Part shown: one piece after another, positions 1-13,380 of the stretch
Layout: the number at the start of each line of letters is the position of its first letter
Position numbering within the stretch: the stretch's first letter is position 1
NCBI RefSeq assembly: GCF_001194135.2
Contig: NC_068987.1
Coordinates: forward strand, 26,865,918-26,929,917
Direction: 5' to 3'
DNA length: 64,000 nucleotides
From: Octopus bimaculoides
Taxonomy: Eukaryota
The notes under the pieces: model-generated
Seen by the model: the letters and a program-made list of their open reading frames with translations, nothing else
Told to the model about the DNA's origin: nothing
The model's database searches: none
Translations under genes and position numbers: made by a program

Positions 1-627
1 TGACACATCTTAAACACAATCACTGACAAATCCATTGTATGGAATATTAGGTTTAGTGATGCAAACAGGAAAAATAGAACTCAAAACATGAGTATATATA
101 TATGGTTTTATTAATAATTGGTAGAATGTACATAGCGAATCAAGGAAGGGCTGAAATGTTCGTTCGTTGGCACTTAACACACTCATTAATAGAATATCAG
201 AAAGTTGAGAATTAATGAAGTCATTCTCATTGATATAGTAATTATTAAAAGTGATACGAATTACACAAAGCGGATTGGCTTGTGTTAACAACATGCATCT
301 GTGCATGGTAGGCCCAGTATCCTCATATATTGCATACCAAAATATACCAGTTCCAGTTCATAAACAACTATAGTTTTGTTCTTGGGAAAGGGATTTTACA
401 CCAATGTGTTGTGTTGCTTCTATTTTACTCCTTTTTATTTTGTTTTTCAGGCTATGTTTTAACTTAATATTATCTCACAATATTCCATGGCAACTATACT
501 GCTATAATGTATATAAATTAATTCTGGCAGTTGCACCTAAGTAGATGAAAGGACATTTTTCTACTTCAGGTATCGGCATCGTCTGTTCTGCAGCGATGGT
601 ATTGAGCATTTTTTTCCCTGTCGGCTA

Positions 628-628
628 T

Positions 629-719
<91 letters not shown>

Positions 720-928
720 ACACATGCCCACGCAAGCGCACACACACATATACACACACACACATGCACATACACTCACACACAAACACACACACGTACG
801 CAAGCAGAAGCACACACATATACATATAAAGATATACATATACGTATATATGTATATATGTATGTATATATGTGTTTATGTGTGTGTATATATATGTATG
901 CATGCATGCAAGAATGTGTGTGTTTGAA

Positions 929-971
<43 letters not shown>
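628..971. repeat. (CA)n/(TA)n microsatellite block ending at an assembly gap; representative of many in the window
   Basis: Directly visible. Similar dinucleotide blocks flank most N runs (for example 6770, 11400, 12610, 13940, 24360, 46500, 60800). Confidence 0.95.
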
Positions 972-2149
972 NNNNNNNNNNNNNNNNNNNNNNNNNNNNN
1001 NNNNNNNNNNNNNNNNNNNNNNNNNNNNNNNNNNNNNNNNNNNNNNNNNNNNNNNNNNNNNNNNNNNNNNNNNNNNNNNNNNNNNNNNNNNNNNNNNNNN
1101 NNNNNNNNNNNNNNNNNNNNNNNNNNNNNNNNNNNNNNNNNNNNNNNNNNNNNNNNNNNNNNNNNNNNNNNNNNNNNNNNNNNNNNNNNNNNNNNNNNNN
1201 NNNNNNNNNNNNNNNNNNNNNNNNNNNNNNNNNNNNNNNNNNNNNNNNNNNNNNNNNNNNNNNNNNNNNNNNNNNNNNNNNNNNNNNNNNNNNNNNNNNN
1301 NNNNNNNNNNNNNNNNNNNNNNNNNNNNNNNNNNNNNNNNNNNNNNNNNNNNNNNNNNNNNNNNNNNNNNNNNNNNNNNNNNNNNNNNNNNNNNNNNNNN
1401 NNNNNNNNNNNNNNNNNNNNNNNNNNNNNNNNNNNNNNNNNNNNNNNNNNNNNNNNNNNNNNNNNNNNNNNNNNNNNNNNNNNNNNNNNNNNNNNNNNNN
1501 NNNNNNNNNNNNNNNNNNNNNATATATATATATATATATATATATATAAGCGAACTTTAAGTTAGTGAACATATGTTTGTGACATATTTCAACTTCTAAG
1601 GCAAATTGACTGACGTTACCATGCAGCACAGATTCACTCTTCAATAAAAAACGTGCAGTGCTTTCCCGTGTCGGATTCTCAGATGCGTTTCTCGCTCTTT
1701 AGTCATTATCAATGGGAAATATAGAAGAGAGTTAACTGTACTGCCAAATAGCAATCACCACAATATGAAATCAATAATTAAGGTGGGAATATTACGGGGT
1801 ACGAAATTATTTGTCCAAATTTACTTAGTTTCGTCTCGTTACGTACTGAATTTAAGTTTAGTGCTGTTGAATCATTTTATTATTTTCTTATTTTGGATTA
1901 AATAGATGATATAATCCTTCTTACATTTAACTCAGTAATGAAAGATTGTTATTTGATTCAGAGAGGTTCAGTTGAATTGTCGGTGCAACCCTACTTGTGT
2001 AGAAATATTTTGACAATAATATGGCCTCCGTAATATGGATACAGATGTCTGATAAGTTTAAAATGCATATACTCTTATAGAAAAACAATTAGTAATTGCA
2101 TTGTAAAAATATTATTAAGAAACGTAATGTATAATAGAATTGTTTTTTC

Positions 2150-2460
2150 AAATGGGCTCAAATGGGATCAGACATATCTGAAAACAGAGCTAAGGCGAAT
2201 CCAAATACCATTTAACAAGTTTATGACAGCCTATCAACATGATGAATTAGTTGGGTTTAAAGATCAGTACAATGCTATGACACAAACCTAATATTGAAGT
2301 TATTGATCTGCATCTCATTACTAGTTTTGGTACAGGACTATCTCTTATGGCTCATTTTCTTCATGTAATGCGGTTAGAGGAAGTCAGCTTAGTCAATATT
2401 ATGCCTTTCCAAGCGTGGTTAATAGAAGCATTTGATATTGCATGTATTAAAATATACAAT
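2150..2460 (+). mobile_element. possible pogo-like transposase remnant
   Basis: Short motif-like peptides in shifting frames (RAKANPNTI, QYNA, SCNA..YYAFP). Very degenerate. Confidence 0.25.
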
Positions 2461-4199
2461 AAATTGACTGTGGTTTCTCCAGACAACAGGCAGGCATAAT
2501 TAAAATCTTACTAGCGCAGCTTACTTACATCTTATTACAAATATTAATTGCTGTTAAGATGAATTTTCAGGGAACGCCAGTAATTATGTATTATCTGGTA
2601 TACAATCTTAATTTTTCATGATATTCAGCCTTACCAGCAAAAATGCAAGAAATATTAATGATTTCTAATAATGTCACATGGTTATAAATTGTAATTGATT
2701 TGTTTGGGATGATAAATAATCGAAAAAATTTGCCAAGTATTTAATCGATATTTAAATCAATAACTCTGGAAAACTCCTCCAGTGAGAACTCACTGGATGC
2801 GATCCAGCAGCCAAGATAAGCAGGCAAATTTCTTTGAGATGAGGCCGTATGTATTCGAAAAAGAACTTACTTGATGTCATTGTCCTTGGTGAATAGTATC
2901 ACACACAAAAAAGAACAAAACATCGGATTTAAACATAAATAAAAGGGCTTGTACTACTGTGGAGGTTGTAGAACACGAAACTCTTTCAGTTGATAATATG
3001 TAAACAAATGAAAAGGATTTTGCCACACAACATAATGGTGCCATGTTTCTAAACAATATGTTTATGACCAGAAAAACTTTCTATAGAATAAGTAAAAGAA
3101 ACCCATGAAGTAGGTGGGTAAGCTGGATGAAGGTATAGAAAGGCTGTGAAATGCTTGGAAGCATGAGGATGCTTGATAACTGAATAAATTTGATGGATGA
3201 GATTGTAGTTTTTGCGGTTCCATATGGAGTGACATATTTGGTATGAAACCTAGGTTAGAACAGGTCGTAAAGAACAAATGAGGTTGAAACTACGAAATAT
3301 GTAAATGATCGTAGGACACTTAACTAGTTAGAAGAATGTTGCCAATATTCAAATAACTTTGAGATCAGCTGTATCCAGTTATAAATAGAAATAATATATA
3401 GACATCGGTGATTAGATGAACGTAGCCTCGTCTAAAATAAAACAAAATATAAGTAAATCTTTACGTATAGCTTATGGCAATAATTTAAAGTGATGTAAAA
3501 CGATAACGCTTATCTCTTCACTTACTGATACATCGCTGCGCATTTTGGGACGCTGATTTACATATTAAAACTTAATAAACATATCAACACTAAAAGCAAC
3601 AAAAAGAATGGAATATCTAAAAATTCCAATGAACAATACTACAGATTTTCGCAGGTCCATATTATGTTTGCTCATTACAGGGGAACAGAAGCAGCAATGT
3701 TGTATGTTTGTCGTATATATATACGTTAGTGACTGGATGTAGGTGAGTAGAGGTAATGGAATTATGATAAAATATAGATAATGAGCACAAGTGATGAGTG
3801 TGGGATAAAAACATACGAGCGATACAGCATAACTTACCTGTATTTTTCAGGACAAAATAAGATAAAAAAGAAACTCAGGTTATGCTGGGTAGATACATGC
3901 GCGCATGCATACATACATACACACATACATGCATACATACGTACATACATACATACATATACGTCCATACGCATTCACATATGGACATATATCGATAGAA
4001 TGATAAATAGAAAGATAGACAAAGAGAGACATGTAGATAGATAGACAGATACAGAGAGAGTGAGAGAGCGTGACAAAGAGATAGTTGTGTTACTAGATAT
4101 GATATACAGAGTAAATGTTCGAGACCTCATGAACATCCTAGTTAGGACAATCAGAGGTAATGGATGAAACAGAGAAGAGAACATCCAGTGCATAGCTAC

Positions 4200-4800
4200 C
4201 TACACCCACCAGAGTATCTTGTAAACGATAGACTACCCTTCTAAACACACAAACAATTGACTCGCTTTCTTTTACACTGAACTTCCGTGAGAAACTACCA
4301 GCAACAATAGTCAACTCGACTGAGGTTTTGTTCGAAACCCATAAATTTCAAATATGTTATTTTTAAGAACACGGCTTTATCACACAATAAGAAGATAAGC
4401 ATATTTAAAGCGGATATAGTTCGGACGATGAACAACGTTCCATTCTGTGCAAACGCTGTGAAATAGAAAGAATTGCACAGGACTTTATGCCTCGCATGCA
4501 GTTCTTTGTCTGCAACCAGAAAGAGAGAGTTAGAGTGTACAGGAAATCTAGGAAAAATTTCGATGGTATCATAAGGATTTCAATGGGACCTGCTCTAGAT
4601 ACTAAGGCAAACATTGGAACAGAATATAGAGGACTAGTGATAAAGCAATTAAAATAAGCACATGGTAAAACAGATATTTGAAGGGCTATGTCGAATGGGG
4701 AGTTAACCAGCAGGTTTGGGAATATTACGAAGGAGGCTAAATCGAACATCAAATTTGCAGGGAAAAAAAGGGAGATCCATCAGGAAACAATTATATAAGA
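4200..4800 (+). mobile_element. Penelope-like retroelement remnant (RT C-terminal region, Neptune/Naiad-like), disrupted
   Basis: Translation across stops and frameshifts gives TIDYPSKH..LAFFYTEL..KPINFKYVIFKNTALSHNKKISIFKADIVRTMNNV..FMPRMQF..NQKERVRVYRKSRKNFDGII. This resembles the PLE RT thumb region (from recalled family motifs) and is visibly homologous to 59990-60660. Confidence 0.6.
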
Positions 4801-5833
4801 CATATGTATTTTAAAAGAACACATGTTCTGATAAGATCTGTATTGCATGTCCTTCGAAGATAATCTGTCAAAGATCAACATAGTGGCATATTGAATCAAA
4901 TTAATACTGAAAACTAGCCCGAGAGACTCATTATTACGACAGATACGTGGGTCATAAATGAGCAGTTATAAATGACATAACCACTGCTACTACTCATGCA
5001 ACACATGCAAAAGTGCATGGGTGTGTGCATCATTGTGGGTGCAATGAAATGATTGGGTATAGGAATGTGTGTATAGGGTAGTTTTCAAATCACTGCAGGA
5101 TAACACAGAAATCCATGAAGAAAAATACATGTAATTATGAACACTTGCAGTATATAGCAATACACATCCACGCACACGCATACACACAGAAAATCACAAA
5201 CGCATACACACTAGGACACACAATCATACACTCACATCAACGAACACATATACGCATTCACGAAAATGGATAGAAATATGTACAGGAACTCTTACACACA
5301 TGTTTACACACATACACGCACATACGCGGACATACTCACGCGTGCAAGAACGCACAGACGCAAACTTACACACAGATGCTTACTTATTCGTAAAAACAAT
5401 AGGCTACAAAATACGTACATATGCAAACAGACACAGACAGACACAGACACAGATACACACACACACATGCACACACGCACACACACACACAAGAATGCAC
5501 ACACACACACACACACAAGAAAGCATACACCAAAACACACGCAAACGCACGCAAGACTACATCCCCCATACACCTGTGCACACACACACACACACACATA
5601 CACACGCAGCACACAACAGAAAGCTCACACATAAGGAAACACTCACGTATATACACCCCAATACATGCATACATACATGCATACATGCGTGCATACATAC
5701 ATACATACGTACATACATACAGGTAGACAGAAAATCTTCGCTACCGCAAGCATATTATTGAACGAGTCTGATATATAATAAATTTGCTTTTAACTTATAG
5801 AGAGTATATACAGAGATGAGGAAAGGAAATACT

Positions 5834-6160
5834 CTTTTTTATTCTAGCCCGAAACTTTTGGGGAGTGGGCCAGTCGATTAGATGAACCCCCGTACGCAAC
5901 TGGTACTTAATTTATCGACCCCGAAAGCATGAAAGGCAAAGTCGACCTCGGTGGAATTTGAACTCAGAATGTAAAGACAGATGAAATACCGCTAAGCATT
6001 TCGCCCGGCGTACTAACGTTTCTTATTTCTTTACTGCCCACAAGGGGCTACACACAGAGGGAACAAACAAGGACAGACATAGGGATTAAGTTGTAGCGGC
6101 AGACGAAATACCGCTAAGCATTTCGCCTACCGTGCTAACATTTCTGCCAGCTCGCCGCCT
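5834..6160 (-). mobile_element. composite (dimeric) tRNA-derived SINE with a Meta-like central domain, imperfect 17-bp TSD
   Basis: The head reads GGCGGCGAGCTGGCAGAAATGTTAGC and the central domain reads GTCGACTTTGCCTTTCATGCTTTCGGGGTCGATAAATTAAGTACCAG. TSD TGAGGAAAGGAAATACT (5817-5833) versus TGAGGAAGGGAAATATT (6161-6177). The Meta-domain name is from recall. Confidence 0.85.
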
Positions 6161-6770
6161 TGAGGAAGGGAAATATTACCGTTAAGAAATTCTCCTCCCA
6201 AAAAGATCTTCAATCATTCTGGTTGAAAATCTGAAACGAAAAGCAAACGTCAGCCTCAATGTATGGTGGCTAAATGCAGTAAAAAAATAATAAGGTATCA
6301 GAATCTGTTGACTCGCAAATTTTACCATAGCTGTAGGCAAACTGCATAATGGGAAGCAACTGGAAGGGTTCTAATAGTTGGATACTCACATAAGAGGTTG
6401 ACATTTTACAGGAAAACACTAATAAGAAACACACATAAGCATAAGATTCGTTCTAAGACAGATTCAAAGGAGATCATGAAGAGTGTTTTTTTGCAGGAAC
6501 AAAAGTCTTTAATAACTCAATAAACTAGTCAATAGTTCAAGATATAGAGCTTAATGTACTAATATATTTGCATGTTTATAAAATAGTTTAGGTCACTTTG
6601 ATATCTTTAAATCTAATGCGAAAAGAACCTGTTTGTAGATCAATGAAGTGGGTTAATGTTTAACAAAAGGCAGCAGTATAAAGCAAAATCAATAACGCAG
6701 TGGAAAATTCAAATTACAAATGGGGCTGAATTTGAAATTGTGAACTTTTAAATCGATAAATACATATATG

Positions 6771-6809
<39 letters not shown>

Positions 6810-6925
6810 NNNNNNNNNNNNNNNNNNNNNNNNNNNNNNNNNNNNNNNNNNNNNNNNNNNNNNNNNNNNNNNNNNNNNNNNNNNNNNNNNNNNNNNNNNN
6901 NNNATATGCATATCTATATCTATAT

Positions 6926-6963
<38 letters not shown>

Positions 6964-7124
6964 GTACACACACACATATATATATTTGATGAATAAGTGT
7001 GTGCGCATATGTTGGCTTTTTCTATTGCTTGTTTCTGTAAGTGGACTGTGACCAAGACGAGGTACCTGCCTTGAAGAATTTCTAGTTGAATGTAACAATG
7101 GCAGTAATTATTTATTTTTAAGAC

Positions 7125-7445
7125 TAGTAGATATGCAAACGGGCTCTTTTTGCCGAACCACTAAATTACGGGGACATGAACACACCAGCACCGGTTGTCA
7201 AGCATTAGTGGTGAGGATAAACACACACGCGCGTGAACGTGCATACACACACACACAGACACACACACAAATAAATAAACACATATATGCGATAGGCTTC
7301 ATTCGGTTTCCGTCAACGAAATCCACTCACAAGGCTTTTGTCGGTCCGAGGTTTTAGTAGAATACATATGGCAAGTGTATCACGCAGTGGATTCGATCCC
7401 CGAGCCTCATTGCTAGATAGCAAGCTTCTTACCATACAGCTACCC
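7125..7445 (-). mobile_element. CORE-type tRNA SINE (octopus OR2-like)
   Basis: Reverse complement of the head/CORE segment (GGCAAGTG..CTACTA..GACC.A.AAGCCTTGTGAGTGGATTT..GACGGAAAC), followed by an (AC)n linker and 3' tail. Confidence 0.8.
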
Positions 7446-7494
7446 CTGCGCCTGTATCCACTTGTGCATCTGTATGTATATTTATATGCATACA

Positions 7495-7895
7495 TGCAAG
7501 CGTGGCAGTGTGGTAAGAAGCTTGCTTCACAACTTCATGATTCTGGGTTCAGTCCAACTACGTGGCATCTTGGGCAAGTGTCTTCTACTATACCCTCGAG
7601 CGAATCAAAACTTTGTGAGTGGATATGGTAGTGGGGAAACGGAGAGAAGCCAGCCGTAAATAAATATTATATATATATATACATATAATTATTTATTTGT
7701 GTATGTCTTTGTGTCTGCGTTTGTCCGCTCAACATCACTGTTGAGGTTGGTATGTTTCATGTCCTCGTAAAGAGACCGACAGAATAAGTACTAGGCTTAC
7801 AAAGAATTAGTCCTGGGATCAATTTTTCGGCTAAAACCATATAAGGCAGTGATCCACCATTGTCGCAGGCAAATGACTGAAACAAGTTAAAGAAT
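7495..7895 (+). mobile_element. CORE-type tRNA SINE (octopus OR2-like)
   Basis: GTGTGGTAAGAAGCTTGCTT..GGGTTCAGTCC..CTTGGGCAAGTGTCTTCTACTATA..TTTGTGAGTGGAT, then a microsatellite linker and a tail ending GCAAATGACTGAAACAAG. Confidence 0.85.
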
Positions 7896-9057
7896 TACAG
7901 AATATATACATATATATAAAGATTTACTTTTCGTAATGAGATAAAAAAACGAAAGCTGTGTACATTTTAGAACTTTTATAAATAGGTCTTACAGCTGTTT
8001 CCAGGATATTTACTTTATACTTTCATCGGAAACGGTGTAAGAAGATGTTAAGCAATAGTTAATTTAGATAATCACCGAACCTGGAGCTTAACAATTGTCT
8101 ATCCATTACACTCACTCACCATTACCTGACACCTCTGTGTCTCATTGACACCACTGCCGCTCATTATATATATATATATATATATATATACTTACATATA
8201 TACATGCATGCGTACATACATACATACATACATACATGCATAGAGAGACAAGCGGTTTAATATATAATATCTTATTCTGAAAGAAAATGAGAGAACAATT
8301 AGAGACTCTACCTTTAGCGTTTAGAATTAGCACATGTTGAAAATTGTTGGATGAGCGGAAAATCAAATGTTATGTAAACTACATTTAAGAATAATTTTAG
8401 ATATTAAAGCTTCTAAATACTGTAATATCGTAAAACAGAGACATGGCAAATATGTTGGGAGGAAAGTTGTAATTCATAACACCTAGCGTCATTCTAGTAA
8501 CAGAGATAACATTTTATGGAAATGTAGCTCCTCCGGGAAAACATGATTATAAAAGAAGAAAGAAAAAAGATTGAAAAGAAACGAAATAGTTACCTTAGAA
8601 GATGTATTATATATTCTAGAAAGATGACATGTATTATAGACAAGAATGTCAAGAGGAAAATCTATTTTAGAGAATGTGATAGAGAAAATTAACTTGAAAG
8701 CGCTAGGGGCATTTATGGCCGACATGGTATATGCTAAGGAAGAACCATACTGGAAGCGATTTAAATTAAAGTGGTCGGAAACGGCTCAAAAGTCTATGCA
8801 TGACTGTTCCGTCATGAATGTTTCTGTCGAAATATAACGGTGAGCAATTCGACCAATAATACCATTTGAAGATAAATAAATCATATACGTGTGCAACAAC
8901 ACTGTGACGGAGGCAATAGTGTATATTACCCACTCATATGTGCACGAGGCCAGACGCAAAACTGTACGAGATAATGAAGAAAACATTAAAATATGTATGC
9001 ATGCACACACGTGTGCGCGCCCCCTACACGCGCACACGCACCTATCTATCTATCTAC

Positions 9058-9097
<40 letters not shown>

Positions 9098-9454
9098 ATG
9101 TCAATGTGTATGTATATACAGATATATAACTGTATATGAGCAAAACCAACGGCTAGAACCAATAAGCGCAGACACAGGGAAAAGTGATTTACAGATACAC
9201 GTTGGCACGCAGAAATACTCAGACAAATGCATACCTGCAGGCACACAAATTACACACATACACACGCACACACACGCATACGCGAAGTCACACACACATA
9301 CATACCCCATAGATGTAAACGTATGGGAGCGTCACTAAATTTTTGATCGACCTTCACTGAATATTTACATGACTTGCCTTGATCATCTTAAATCTATCGG
9401 AGCCAACGTCTGAACAATGCAGATTTCTGAGTGAGCGATATAAAGACAGAAGAA

Positions 9455-9526
<72 letters not shown>

Positions 9527-11869
9527 TTAATTGAAAAGTAGTAACAATATTCTTTTGCAGAGAAAAATCGGAAGATCTATTTGGAACACAACAGTGTTAC
9601 CAAATATCATAAAGATTTATTTATTTTTTGTTTGTTTGTTTGTTCTATAATAAAAGATAATAATTTGAGGAAGAAGTTTGAAGGTAAGTGATGGAAGGTT
9701 GAATGGGCAAAGGAAAGAGTTAAACGTGAGCGATGTTTAATTGAATATAGGATCTCTAGCGTGGTTTTCTGTAAAAAATTCTTGAGGTTAGGAAGAGTGT
9801 GATGAAGTTTAAGGAATGTGAAATTGGTTTTATTCTGGGATTTATTAGTTTGGGGTCTTAGCCTATATGTGTGTGTACAAGTGCACCACTGATTGAGCGT
9901 GTGTGTGCACGCTTGTTTACGTGTGCGTGTGTGTGTGTGTTGTGTGTGTGAGTGTGTGCATTCATTCGTGAGAGTTTTCTTTATAAAATTATTTCCTGGT
10001 ATGAGTTTACGAAAAAAACATGGGGTAACTCAATATAGTAAACTAAATAAATATTCAAATAAAGATTTCAGTTGCAACTATACCAAAATATATATTTTAT
10101 ATTATATGTTGTATATAATTCTAATAAATATGCATATAGCTGTAATTTTTTTTTACATATTTGTTAATAAGTTCATGTATGTTATGTCTATGCTATTTTG
10201 TTTATGTGTATAAATGCATCTGTGAGTATGTGCATATGAGGGAACGAGTTTGTATATGTGAATATGTGCGTTCGTCTATATATAGATATATGTATATAGT
10301 TATTATAATTCTAGAATTTTAGTTTCTTAGATTCTTTATACCTGATTTTCAATAAAGGTTTAACACTTTTGAAATATATATATGTATATATANNNNNNNN
10401 NNNNNNNNNNNNNNNNNNNNNNNNNNNNNNNNNNNNNNNNNNNNNNNNNNNNNNNNNNTCTATATGAACTCTATTAATCAATTTATAACATGGCATTTGT
10501 TAGTTATTTCTTGTTGTTCTTTATTTTCTGTTGTTTATGTGTTTTAGTATGTGCATGCGTGTGTTTGTGTTTGTATGAGTGTGTGTGTTTGTGAGGGAAT
10601 AAAAATTCCATGTAAGTTATCTATGTTTACATGTACGTGGGTTTTTAGTATTTTGCTGTTAAATTTTTGAAATGCTAGAAAGTGTGAAAGAATATTAAAT
10701 CAGTGGCTGAAATAATACTGTAAATAACGATTTCGATTAAAGGTTCTTGAAATACGTAATATATAAGATATGATCTATATAATTGAATTTTGTTATATAG
10801 TGTTTTGAAATAAAAACGAAAATTAGAAATTCTAAGATATAATGTTGTATATTATTGATGGAAAACTTAGAGGCTAGTAAGAAAAATATAAAAATTCTAT
10901 TGAATTCTCTGTGATCTTATATACAGTGAACAGTATTAAGGTCTACATATGTGTATAGAGTTATTTAGTTCTCTGATCTTTTAGAGAATATTATGGAATA
11001 TTATCAATGAATAGTAATAGCAAAAAATAAGTTTAAAGGCTAAAGTTTCTCAATGTGTATACTAAAGAATATGTACTAAGCTATTCTATTTTGTATTAAG
11101 TGAGTGTGAGGATATAATAAAAAAGTGTTATTTTAAGTAACTGACTAACGTAGAAAAAACAGGACAGTTATACGCGGGCCTATGAACGTATATACATAAT
11201 TTATACAAGCACACCTCAACTTAGGTCGGTAATTGGTTGGAAGACATGCGACATAACATTAAAATGACGTAATACGAAAATACAATTTTAAGAATTTATC
11301 AGCTTATATCTGTTTTAATAAAAGCCTAGTATATATTCTCATATGTATTTTATTTGATCTTTTTTTTCCATTTCGGTGTTTGATTTCAGGCGCTTTTATA
11401 TATATATATATATATNNNNNNNNNNNNNNNNNNNNNNNNNNNNNNNNNNNNNNNNNNNNNNNNNNNNNNNNNNNNNNNNNNNNNNNNNNNNNNNNNNNNN
11501 NNNNNNNNNNNNNNNNNNNNNNNNNNNNNNNNNNNNNNNNNNNNNNNNNNNNNNNNNNNNNNNNNNNNNNNNNNNNNNNNNNNNNNNNNNNNNNNNNNNN
11601 NNNNNNNNNTGTATGTATATATTTTTTTTGTGATATTCATAAGCATTTGCTGAAACCGACATAAAGTCAGATCAATCGACTGATGTTAAGGCTAATTTTT
11701 CAAATTAATTTCTTAAAAAATAAAAATGTAACTCGACAAGACGTAAGCAGAGTTATGTCTCCATTTCGATTTAATATGTACCGATATAAAACATTGTGAT
11801 TTATATAAATCTAAATAATGGATTGTAGTAAACTTTCGTAATGAATCTAGGTAAAAGGGTTAGGGGTAG

Positions 11870-12160
11870 GGTTAGGTTCAGTCCCACTGCATGGCACCTG
11901 GGGCAAGTGTCTTCCACTATAGCCTCAGGCAGACCAAAGTCATGTGAGTGAATTTGGTAGATGGACACAGAAAGCCTGTCATAAATATATGTGTGTGTGT
12001 ATGTGTATATATGTGTGTGTGTGTTCGTTCCCCCCACCACTGCTTGATAACCAGTGTTGGTGTGTTCATGTCCCCGTAACTTAGCGGGTCGGCCAAAGAC
12101 CGACAAAATAAGTACTAGGCTTACAAATAATGTATCTTTGAACCGATTTCTTCGACTAAA
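11870..12160 (+). mobile_element. CORE-type tRNA SINE, 5'-truncated
   Basis: GGTTCAGTCCCACTGCATGGCACCTGGGGCAAGTGTCTTCCACTATAGCC.., then linker and ATGTCCCCGTAACTTAGCGG..AATAAGTACTAGGCTTACAAA. Confidence 0.85.
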
Positions 12161-12440
12161 ACGAAGACGAAATACCGCTAAGCATTTCAGCCGGCGTGCT
12201 AACTTTTCTAATTTCTTTACTGCCCACAAGGGGCTACACACAGAGGGGACAAACAGGGAGAGTCAAACAGATTAATTCGATTATATCGACCCCAGTTCGT
12301 AACTGGTACTTAATTTATCGACCCCGAAAGTAAGAAAGGGAAAGTCGACCTCAGTGGAATTTGAACTCAGAACGTAACGGTAGACGAAATACCGCAAAGC
12401 ATTTCACCCGGCGTGCTAATGCTGCTACCTTTTCGCCGAC
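12160..12440 (-). mobile_element. Meta-like SINE, dimer-type junction
   Basis: Same head, central domain and CCCCTTGTGGGCAGTAAAGAAAT tail as 5834-6160. Confidence 0.85.
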
Positions 12441-13087
12441 TTCATGTGTGTATATATGTACACACACATACACGCATGAACAGACAGAGAGACAGACAGA
12501 CAGGCACACACAAACGTTGTGTTACGGGGACGTAAACACACAAGCACCAGTTGTCAAGGAGTGGTGGTATACAAACAAGGAGAGAAGATATCCTCTGCAT
12601 GTGTGCTTGTTATATATATATATATATATATATACATATATATATNNNNNNNNNNNNNNNNNNNNNNNNNNNNNNNNNNNNNNNNNNNNNNNNNNNNNNN
12701 NNNNNNNNNNNNNNNNNNNNNNNNNNNNNNNNNNNNNNNNNNNNNNNNNNNNNNNNNNNNNNNNNNNNNNNNNNNNNNNNNNNNNNNNNNNNNNNNNNNN
12801 NNNNNNNNNNNNNNNNNNNNNNNNNNNNNNNNNNNNNNNNNNNNNNNNNNNNNNNNNNNNNNNNNNNNNNNNNNNNNNNNNNNNNNNNNNNNNNNNNNNN
12901 NNNNNNNNNNNNNNNNNNNNNNNNNNNNNNNNNNNNNNNNNNNNNNNNNNNNNNNNNNNNNNNNNNNNNNNNNNNNNNNNNNNNNNNNNNNNNNNNNNNN
13001 NNNNNNNNNNNNNNNNNNNNNNNNNNNNNNNNNNNNNNNNNNNNNNNNNNNNNNNNNNNNNNNNNNNNNNNNNNNNNNNNNNNATAT

Positions 13088-13380
13088 ACTCCGTCGGTTA
13101 CGACAACGAGGGTGTCAGCTGATACGATCAACGGAACAGCTTGCTCGTGAAATTAATGCGTAAGTGACTTAGCACTCCACAGACACATGTAACCTTAACG
13201 TAGTTCTCAGGGAGATTCAGCCTGACACAGTGTGTGACAAAGCTGGCCCTTTGAAATACAGGTACTACTCATTTTTACCAGCTGAGTCGACTGGAGCAAA
13301 GTGAAATAAAGTGTCTTGTTCAAGACGGGAATTGAACTCACGACTTTACGATAGTGAACCGAATGCTCTAACCACTAAGA
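13088..13380 (-). mobile_element. tRNA-derived SINE with a CORE-like middle and the same 3' domain as 47358-47742
   Basis: tRNA-like head at the right end, then CTTGAACAAGACACTTTATTTCAC (CORE-like). About 170 bp of 3' domain align with 47365-47545. Confidence 0.8.

Noticed and set aside
545-1644. Long ORFs rich in HT, CV, YI or X (and equivalents throughout the window)
   Set aside because: They are translations of dinucleotide microsatellites and N gaps, not genes.
3832-3875. Minus-strand CAG|GTAAGT, possible recursive splice site
   Set aside because: An A-rich stretch separates the pyrimidine tract from the AG, and there is no evidence of a host transcript.
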